Source of the DNA: Malacoraja senta
Lineage: Eukaryota
Length of the DNA: 64,000 nucleotides
Reading direction: 5' to 3'
NCBI GenBank assembly: GCA_038087875.1
Contig: JAXLNO010003747.1
Location: forward strand, 124,001-188,000
The translations under genes and the position numbers were made by a program. Of the stretch, positions 25,317 to 32,991 are shown in pieces (the stretch's first letter is position 1; each line of letters starts with the position of its first letter). Below the pieces are notes generated by a model. The model was not told the origin of the DNA and ran no database searches. It saw only the letters and a program-made list of their open reading frames with translations.

Positions 25317-28300
25317 TCATGCTTGTAATAGGTCCAAAAACGTAGACCACGTCTTTTGAAATTGATCTACTTTGCCTACTAGGAGGAATCTCATCTCTTC
25401 CAGATGTAATGTTTCCAACATATTTGATGTCCACATTTTTATTGTTGGTGTGGGCGCATTTTTCCAGAATTTAAGTATAAGCTTTTTTCCCATTATTAGC
25501 CCATAATTGAGTAAATTCTTCTGATACACGTTTAATTCAGGAATACCTTCCGATATTCCAAAAATAATCCATTCTGGTTTTGGTACCAGTTTTATTTTGA
25601 TTAATTTTGAAAAAATATCAAATATTTCAAACCAGAATTTTTGGATTTTTGTACAAAAAACAAAAGAATGTGCTATGGTAGCTTCTTGACATATACATTT
25701 ATCACAGATTGGTGAGACGTTAGGAAAGATTTTATTTAGTTTGGTTTTTGAATAATATAATCTATGTAATGTTTTAAATTGGATAAGCGTATGTCGTACG
25801 TTGATCGAGCATTTATGCACCTGTAATAAATGATTATCCCAACTCTCTTTTGAAATTTTTATACCTAGATCTTGTTCCCAATCTCTTCTAATTCCATCTG
25901 TTGTGGGTATTTCTATATTTAAGATGATATTATATAAGTATGATATTAAATTAGCTGATTCCGCCTTTGTCTTCATTGCTTCATCTAGTAAGTCGGAAGG
26001 CATATTATAATAATCTTTTGTGTGTGTTTTCAAATAGTCACAGATTTGTAGATATTTAAAATATTGATTATTTTTCAAATTATATTTCAGTTGTAGTTGT
26101 TGGAATGATAGTAATTTTTCTAATTCATACAGATCTTCGAGCGTTTTAATTCCCATTCTTTCCCATTGTATAAATGCTTTATCTATGATTGAAGGTTTAA
26201 ACGATGGGTTATTGACTATTGGTATTAAGAGAGATAGGTTTCTTAATTTTAGATTCTGTTTTATTTGCTTCCATGTTCTAATAGTGCTATATATAATTGG
26301 ATTTTTATTATAATTTTTATTATTCAAATTTATTGGAGAGAGAATAATCGCTCCTATATTATTCGGGGAGCAATCCCCTTTTTCCATTATAATCCAGTCC
26401 ACCTGCTGGGCAGAATTGTCCAGCAGGTGAATCATATTTTTAATATTTACTGCCCAGTTATAATACATAAAGTTAGGGAGCGCTAGACCCCCCAACTCTT
26501 TTCGTTTGTTAAGGTGTGTTCTTTGTATTCTGTGGGATTTGTAATCCCATATAAAATTTGTAATGTCTGAGTCCAGTTTTTTGAAAAACTTTTTTGGGAG
26601 ATATATAGGTATTGATTGAAATAGGTAAAGGATTTGTGGCAAGAAAATCATTTTTATAGCATTTATCCTACCTATTAAGGACATCGGAAGTGTTTTCCAA
26701 AATTTAATCAGATTATTTAATTTCTTAAGTAGGGGATTATAATTAGCTTTAAACATATCATGGTAATTTCTAGTAATCTCAATTCCTAAATATTTGAATT
26801 TTTCCATAGCTATTTTAAAAGGGAATTTCCTGAGATGTGTTGAGTCTTTTGGTTTAATCGACATAATTTCACTTTTGTTCCAATTTATTCTATATCCTGA
26901 AAAGGATCCAAAGTCCTCAATTAAGTTTAATATATTTGGTATACTAATTTGTGGTTTTGTGATGTACAGTAGTACATCATCAGCATATAGGGATAGTTTG
27001 TTGTTTGAATATTTTGTGTTATAACCGTGAATATTCGAGTGTGTTCTTATTTTTTCAGCAAGGGGTTCAATTACCAAAGCAAATAACAGCGGTGATAGTG
27101 AACATCCTTGTCTGTTGCCCCTAGATAATTCGAATTTTGAAGATAATATATTATTAGTTAGTATTCTAGCCGTAGGTTTGTTATATAGTAGTTTTATCCA
27201 TGCAATAAAGTTTTCTCCCAATTGGAATTTTTGCAATACTTTGATCATATAGTCCCATTCTACTTGATCAAACGCTTTTTCTGCGTCCAGTGAGATGATA
27301 GCTAACTCTTGGTCATCAGATTTATGTGAATGCATTATGTTAAGCAAACGTCTCAAATTATTAAATGAGTGTCTCTTAGGTATAAATCCTGTTTGATCCT
27401 CATGTATTAGTCTACTAACATACTTGCTTAATCTATTGGCTAATGTTTTTGCTATTATTTTCTGATCCGTATTTAACAAAGCAATAGCTCTATATGATCC
27501 TGGTTCTTCTATATTTTTATCTTTTTTAAGTATTAATATGATCGTTGATTCCGCTAGTGTTTCAGGTAGGTTTTGCTCTTTATAAGCATATGTATACATT
27601 TTTTGTAATCGTGGAGTAACTATATCATAAAAAGATTTATAAAATTCATTACTGAATCCGTCTGGTCCTGGTGTTTTTCCATTTTTTAGTGTTTTTATTG
27701 TGTCTTCTATCTCCTTAGAAGTAATTTGTGCTCCCAGTTCCTCTTGTTCCCTGCGTTCTAATTGTGGTAGATTACAATTATCTAAAAATTCTGAGATTTT
27801 ATTATTGTCTATTGACGTTTTAGATGTGTATAGATTCTGGTAAAATTGAGCAAATCTTTTATTAATATCCTTGGGTAGTGTTAATACTTCCCCTCTATCT
27901 GATTTAATCTTTAATATTGCATTCTCTTTTTCCCGTTTTTTAAGTTGTCGTGCTAGAAGTTTGTGGGGTTTGTCCCCGAATTCGAAGTGTTCTTGTTTTG
28001 TGATTTGAAATAATGTTATAACTTTCTCTGACAGTAATTTATTTAACTGAAATTTCAGTAGTAGTATTTTATTATGTTTATCCATAGTTGGGTCTTTAGC
28101 ATTATCTATATCTAACTGTTTTATTTGATCTTCTAAGTGTCTTTGTTCATTCTTATTCTTTTTATTTTGATAAGCTTGAAATGAAATAATGACTCCTCTT
28201 ATAAATGCTTTGAAGGATTCCCATAATAACGTGGGGGATATCTCTGGTGTATCATTTAACTCAAAAAATAGATCCATCTGTTTTTTTAGATAGATACTCC

Positions 28301-29108
28301 CTTGAGGGCCTTTTAAAATTTGTGAGTTAAACCTCCAGAACGGTTTATTCATAGACATTCCTTCTAGTTTTAGAACAAAAGTTAACGGAGAATGATCTGA
28401 GATCGCATTAATATGATATTTAGGATTCAGAGATTGCGAAATTAATTTTGTATCCACAAGAAAATAGTCTATCCGTGAATATGTTTTATGCACCATTGAA
28501 TAAAACGAGTAATCCCTTCCCGTCGGGTTTGCAATCCTCCATACATCTGTTATATTTGTGTTTTCCATATATGTGTGTAAGAGTTCACTGGTTTTAGATT
28601 TCGTCTGACCTTTTTGTTTTTGCATCGATTTATCTAAATAAGGATCTAAAACACAATTAAAATCTCCTCCGATTATAACATTTTGATAATTAGATTCTGC
28701 AATTATATTCAGAATTTTATTAAAAAATTGAGGGTTATCAAAGTTGGGCGCATATATGTTTACCAGCGTAATTGGCATATTATTGATCTCCCCTGCTACT
28801 ATAAGATATCTCCCTTCCTTATCTAAAATAGTGTTCTTTGATTTAAATGGAATTCCTTTACGAATAATAATTGCAGTACCTCTAGATTTGGAGGTAAATG
28901 AAGAGTGAAATGTTTGGCCTATCCAGTTCGCCCTCAGTCTTGTCTGATCTTGCTGTTTAAGATGTGTTTCCTGTAGAAACGCAATGTCCGTGTTGTATGA
29001 TTTCAACTGAGCTAGTATCTTGCCCCTTTTAATAGGTTCATTAATCCCCCTTATATTCCAACTACATAATGTGATTCCTCCTATTTTCTTTTGATTGTCG
29101 TCATGCAT
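25317..29108 (-). CDS. L1 ORF2p (APE endonuclease, reverse transcriptase, C-terminal CCHC), 1263 aa, uninterrupted
   Basis: SWNIRG, LQETH, GGDFN, RIDY, SDH; PGPDGF, LDAEKAFD, RQGCSLSPLLF, YADD; CDKC...H....C. Confidence 0.97.
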   Translation of the reverse strand: MHDDNQKKIGGITLCSWNIRGINEPIKRGKILAQLKSYNTDIAFLQETHLKQQDQTRLRANWIGQTFHSSFTSKSRGTAIIIRKGIPFKSKNTILDKEGRYLIVAGEINNMPITLVNIYAPNFDNPQFFNKILNIIAESNYQNVIIGGDFNCVLDPYLDKSMQKQKGQTKSKTSELLHTYMENTNITDVWRIANPTGRDYSFYSMVHKTYSRIDYFLVDTKLISQSLNPKYHINAISDHSPLTFVLKLEGMSMNKPFWRFNSQILKGPQGSIYLKKQMDLFFELNDTPEISPTLLWESFKAFIRGVIISFQAYQNKKNKNEQRHLEDQIKQLDIDNAKDPTMDKHNKILLLKFQLNKLLSEKVITLFQITKQEHFEFGDKPHKLLARQLKKREKENAILKIKSDRGEVLTLPKDINKRFAQFYQNLYTSKTSIDNNKISEFLDNCNLPQLERREQEELGAQITSKEIEDTIKTLKNGKTPGPDGFSNEFYKSFYDIVTPRLQKMYTYAYKEQNLPETLAESTIILILKKDKNIEEPGSYRAIALLNTDQKIIAKTLANRLSKYVSRLIHEDQTGFIPKRHSFNNLRRLLNIMHSHKSDDQELAIISLDAEKAFDQVEWDYMIKVLQKFQLGENFIAWIKLLYNKPTARILTNNILSSKFELSRGNRQGCSLSPLLFALVIEPLAEKIRTHSNIHGYNTKYSNNKLSLYADDVLLYITKPQISIPNILNLIEDFGSFSGYRINWNKSEIMSIKPKDSTHLRKFPFKIAMEKFKYLGIEITRNYHDMFKANYNPLLKKLNNLIKFWKTLPMSLIGRINAIKMIFLPQILYLFQSIPIYLPKKFFKKLDSDITNFIWDYKSHRIQRTHLNKRKELGGLALPNFMYYNWAVNIKNMIHLLDNSAQQVDWIIMEKGDCSPNNIGAIILSPINLNNKNYNKNPIIYSTIRTWKQIKQNLKLRNLSLLIPIVNNPSFKPSIIDKAFIQWERMGIKTLEDLYELEKLLSFQQLQLKYNLKNNQYFKYLQICDYLKTHTKDYYNMPSDLLDEAMKTKAESANLISYLYNIILNIEIPTTDGIRRDWEQDLGIKISKESWDNHLLQVHKCSINVRHTLIQFKTLHRLYYSKTKLNKIFPNVSPICDKCICQEATIAHSFVFCTKIQKFWFEIFDIFSKLIKIKLVPKPEWIIFGISEGIPELNVYQKNLLNYGLIMGKKLILKFWKNAPTPTIKMWTSNMLETLHLEEMRFLLVGKVDQFQKTWSTFLDLLQA

Positions 29109-29349
29109 TTTTACCAGTTTTAATGACCTTAATTATTGTGGTGCGTTCATACCTCCGGACTCTGGTTATTTTGGGAGTATTTCTATTATAGACTTCCTTG
29201 GTAGTTCTCCTGCGCGATTGTCCTTGAAGAAAAAACACACAGATGTGACATATTGTGATTAAAAAAAATATATATAAATCAAATAAATTTACGGTGTCTA
29301 AAATTTCAACACCGTAGTGAGTGGCCCACTCGTCTGTGGGGTACGACAT
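29101..29349 (-). CDS. Candidate L1 spacer small membrane ORF (82 aa from ATG; 101 aa if the TTG at 29406 is used)
   Basis: MSYPTDEWATHYGVEILDTVN-LFDLYIFFLITICHICVFFL-QGQSRRRTTK...; stop overlaps the ORF2 start (ATGCATGA). Coding status unproven. Confidence 0.4.
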   Translation of the reverse strand: MSYPTDEWATHYGVEILDTVNLFDLYIFFLITICHICVFFLQGQSRRRTTKEVYNRNTPKITRVRRYERTTIIKVIKTGKNA

Positions 29350-30326
29350 CCATAACGCTTCCGGCGTAGTTGGTATAAAGTTAGCCCCGCTGTATTTATT
29401 ACCCAAAATCTATGGGGTCATTACCGTTTCCAATTCAGTTCTATTTCACCCAGTTACAATTTATATATGTGTCAAATGTATTCGATTCCATATCCTACTC
29501 ACTCTTTATCTCTTAACTATTTTAAAATGAATTTAGTATTGTTAAAGTGAGCGGTTTACTGAGTGGATTAATCGGAGTCAGGTTCCTGGAATTGTGCCAG
29601 GTGCCTGATCTCCTCTCCTCTCCACGAGCTGCGAACATAGGTGATAACTGCTGTCTGCGTTATGACGCAGGCACCACAGTTTTATCAGTTTCAAATATTA
29701 TTTCTATATTAGTATTGTTAATTATTAATTATAATTAATTCTCAGCATTTTGTAAAACTATATAAGCCGTATATATTTTTCATATCAACCTCGAGTGTAT
29801 ATTATCTCTTAACTATTTTAAATTGATTTTAATATTGTTAAAAATGAGCTGTTCGCTGGAAGGGTTAACGGGAGTCTGGCTCCTGGAGTTATGCCAGGTA
29901 CCCGGTCTCCCCCTCCCTCCACTCTCGAGCTGCATAGCACTTGCTGTTATCTGCTAAACAGAGCAGACTGCACATTTTTTATCTATTTCAATTGCTATTT
30001 CTATATTAGTATTGTTAATTGTTAATTATTATTAGTTCTCAGTTTTTTCAGTTTTTTATAAACAATATAAGCCATGTGATGTTTTTCACTCTCAGCCCAG
30101 CAGTTCGTCTCGTGTTATCAGGTTTTCCTCGTTTGAGCACGTAGTGTCCTTGAATTACATAGCACAATGTTCCAGCGAAGATAATAATGTCTAGCCACGT
30201 CTCACTAAGAATCTGTTGCTTGAAGTCAAATAAAAAATAAAAAATCAGTGTTCAGTTAATTCACTTTCCTTGTGATACTCTTGTTGGAAGAATAAGCAAG
30301 TTCGTTTGTTCCTGTCGTCTTGGTTT

Positions 30327-31322
30327 TCAATCTCCAGTTGATGCAGCCTTAGTCGCGATTTCTTGAGCGTATTTGAGAGATTCATCCGAATTAGTGAATG
30401 TTTTTGACACTCCCTCAAAGGTGATACGCATTCTAGCCGGATAAAACACTCCACACAAAACTCCCTTAACACCATAAAGAACTTCTCTGGTCTGTGAGAA
30501 CTTTCTTCTCTTTTGCTCAATCTCATAAGGGTAGTCCCGTAGGAGTTTAATAGTATCACCTCTGTACATCATCTTCTCTCCGTGGTTGATTTTTTTCATC
30601 AGCGCTTCCATTGTTGAGATATCCCGAAGTTTAATTATGATCTGTCGTGGGTAGGCACGTTCTCCTTGAGATCTTGATTTAAATCTGGGGAGTCGATGTG
30701 CTACTTCAATTACAGGTACTTCTGGTAGCTTCAGTACGTGTTTAATTAGGTTGGCAGCGAACTCACAAACATTGTCCCCCTCAGCTCCCTCTTTTACACC
30801 ACGTATTCTTATATTTTGGCGTCTTGAGCGAGCTTCTAGGTCAACACATTTATTCGAAACCTTTGTGACTTGGTTCTTGAGACTATCTATTTCTGACTTC
30901 ATAGTCTGCATCTCTCCAGCCATCACTTCCACAGCAGCTTCCAAATCATTCACTGCAGATGCATTTGCAGCCACAGTTTCGTGCACAGCCTCAAACATCT
31001 TTGTGGTCTCTTCTGCCACCTTTTCAATTTTTATCGATAGTCCTTTTTCCACACCTTCAATTCTTTTTTGGAGAGCCTCAATACCCTCAAGTATTTTATC
31101 ATTACCGGCTATCAATTTACTGTTCCCAGCTTCCATATCATTTTTGATATCTCTTACCGAGTTTCTTAAGTCCTCCATTTCGATTTTCTCTTTTGCAGAT
31201 CGAGTAGCCATTCCAGAGACCTCTCCAGAGGTCAGTTCTGAAGTTTCTTGCTGTTCCAGAGTCTTCAGCAGATGTTTTGAGATTTTCCTCTGTGGGCTCT
31301 GACCTGGAGATGTACTTTTCAT
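30327..31322 (-). CDS. L1 ORF1p (coiled coil, RRM, CTD), 331 aa
   Basis: Heptad region, then LEARSRRQNIRIRGVKEG, AHRL, PRQIIIKL and RDYPYEIEQKRRKF motifs typical of L1 ORF1. Confidence 0.92.
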   Translation of the reverse strand: MKSTSPGQSPQRKISKHLLKTLEQQETSELTSGEVSGMATRSAKEKIEMEDLRNSVRDIKNDMEAGNSKLIAGNDKILEGIEALQKRIEGVEKGLSIKIEKVAEETTKMFEAVHETVAANASAVNDLEAAVEVMAGEMQTMKSEIDSLKNQVTKVSNKCVDLEARSRRQNIRIRGVKEGAEGDNVCEFAANLIKHVLKLPEVPVIEVAHRLPRFKSRSQGERAYPRQIIIKLRDISTMEALMKKINHGEKMMYRGDTIKLLRDYPYEIEQKRRKFSQTREVLYGVKGVLCGVFYPARMRITFEGVSKTFTNSDESLKYAQEIATKAASTGD

Positions 31323-32409
31323 TTAAAATGACTTTCCCTCCGTTAAAATCGCGGCGCTTACTGATGACGTCATCAGCACCGCGACATGAAGCTCCGGTAA
31401 GTTTTTAAAAACGGTCCCGACCTCCAGACCCGATTTTAACGCGAAAAATCGCGATTTTTTCAGCGGAGCTAAAAAGTTTGCGACTGCTAGCAGAGCATGT
31501 CGCAACCGGAAGTCCGACTTAGATTGTAATCGCTAGAATGCTGGAGGTTGATACAAGTATATAAAATTATGAGAGGCATAGATGGGATAGAGAGTCAGAA
31601 CCTTTTCCACAGGGTGTAAATATAAAGTAATGGAGAGCATAGTTTTCAGGTGAGTGGGACATGGTGTAAAGGGCCATGTATTAATAGAAGGCTCAATGAA
31701 AGATTTCTGCACTGATGTTGAGACTGCGCTGCACATTTACACCTAGACACAACTTTAAACTGAGCTCATGTCTCTCCTCCCAGCTGAAAAAAAGACGCAT
31801 GGTATTACCTCAAATAAGGGCTGGGAAATTATTACACATGCATTGTCCAATTTTTATTACTTAAGCAATAACAGTAAAGTGGACTAAAGACAGACACAAA
31901 AATGTTAGATGGAGCTCTAGGGGCTGGTGGAATCAAGGGATACGGGGAGAAGGCAGGCATTGATAGGGTACGATCAGCCATGATCACCATGAATGGCAGT
32001 GCTGGCTCAAAGGGCCGAATGGCCTCCTCCTGCACCTATTTTCTATGCTTATAAAAAGATGGAGTAACTCAGCAGGTCAGGCAGCACTTCTGGGAAAAAG
32101 GAAAAGGTGACGATTTGTGTTGAGACCCTTCCCGAAATGTCACCTATTCCTTTTCCCCAGAAATGCTGCCTGACCCGCTGAGTTACTCCAGCTTTTTGCA
32201 TCTGCCTACAGTAAAACAAGCATCTGCAGTTCCTTCCTACACAGTAAAGTAGACTGTCTGGTTTATCTAAAACTGCAGTTTGTGGAATTGACTGCATTCT
32301 GAATTGTAAAATCATTATACTTTGAGAAATATCTATTCGGCCGTAAGATGCTATATAAAATGTGATTTTGTAATTGTTGTCCTTAAAACACCAATATAAT
32401 CCCTACCAT

Positions 32410-32515
32410 AAAACCCAATCCGTAAACTGTATTCACTGGTAATTAGTGACCAGAACAAGTGGTCTCATTCCCATTGGATCTGGTTATCAGGTTTGTGAAC
32501 ACATGGACCAATAAT
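32410..32515 (+). promoter_or_regulatory. Putative proximal promoter of the class I-like gene (CCAAT/Y-box cluster, X-box-like motif)
   Basis: CCAAT 32415-32419, ATTGG 32473-32477, CCAAT 32508-32512, TTAGTGACCAGA 32443-32454. Spacing is not a clean SXY match. Confidence 0.33.
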
Positions 32516-32615
32516 TAGCTTCACACCAGAGTTCTGTTAAAAAAGTACAAGAGATTAAGTTACTGTTGCTGCATTTACTCTGCTGGTTAAATAGTGCTGT
32601 GAGCGGCTGTTAAAC

Positions 32616-32667
32616 ATGCTTCTTTTTACCTTACTCAACACTTACGGTGTGGCCACTGTCTCATCTG
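32616..32667 (+). CDS. MHC class I-like leader exon MLLFTLLNTYGVATVSS(D)
   Basis: ATG, signal-peptide-like composition, donor G|gtaagc in phase 1; G+AT gives Asp at the start of alpha1. Confidence 0.7.
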
Positions 32668-32963
32668 GTAAGCAATGCTCCTTCAACCTGTGAACTTTGA
32701 GGAAACAACAAAAATGATTCTATTTACTGTTGCACAGTCCCCGTGTTTGCCCTGGGTACATTGTCTTGGATGTATTAATTGAATGATTGAATTGAATGTA
32801 TTAATAATTTTGGGTAACGGTCTTTCCTTAGTTGTAAAGGCTCCTGTGGGAAGTTATATATACTATGGTTACCTTGGCAATCTATTGAACAGAAGAACTG
32901 AATACATGTAAATAATGAACATAGAACAATACAGCACAGGAGCAGGTCCTTCAGTCCTTCAGT

Positions 32964-32991
32964 CTGAAGAAGGGTCTCGAACCGAAACGTC
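32964..32991 (+). ncRNA. Minimal type I hammerhead ribozyme motif in a Penelope terminal-repeat fragment
   Basis: CTGAAGA-A-GGGTCTCGAACC-GAAAC-GTC; core boxes intact, one stem II mismatch. Confidence 0.6.

Larger units (their letters stand above)
24905..31515 (-). mobile_element. Full-length L1-clade non-LTR retrotransposon (~6.6 kb), potentially active
   Basis: Intact ORF1 and ORF2, poly(A) seen as a T-run from ~24905, perfect 12-bp TSD GACTTAGATTGT (24893-24904 and 31516-31527), inserted into a CR1 remnant. Confidence 0.95.

Noticed and set aside
30245-30559. 104-aa alternative-frame ORF overlapping the end of L1 ORF1
   Set aside because: No recognisable motif; expected by chance beside an A-rich coding frame.
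30751-31302. 183-aa plus-strand ORF antisense to L1 ORF1 (ORF0-like?)
   Set aside because: Starts at a TTG, not ATG, and is explained as the antisense shadow of the coiled-coil codons.
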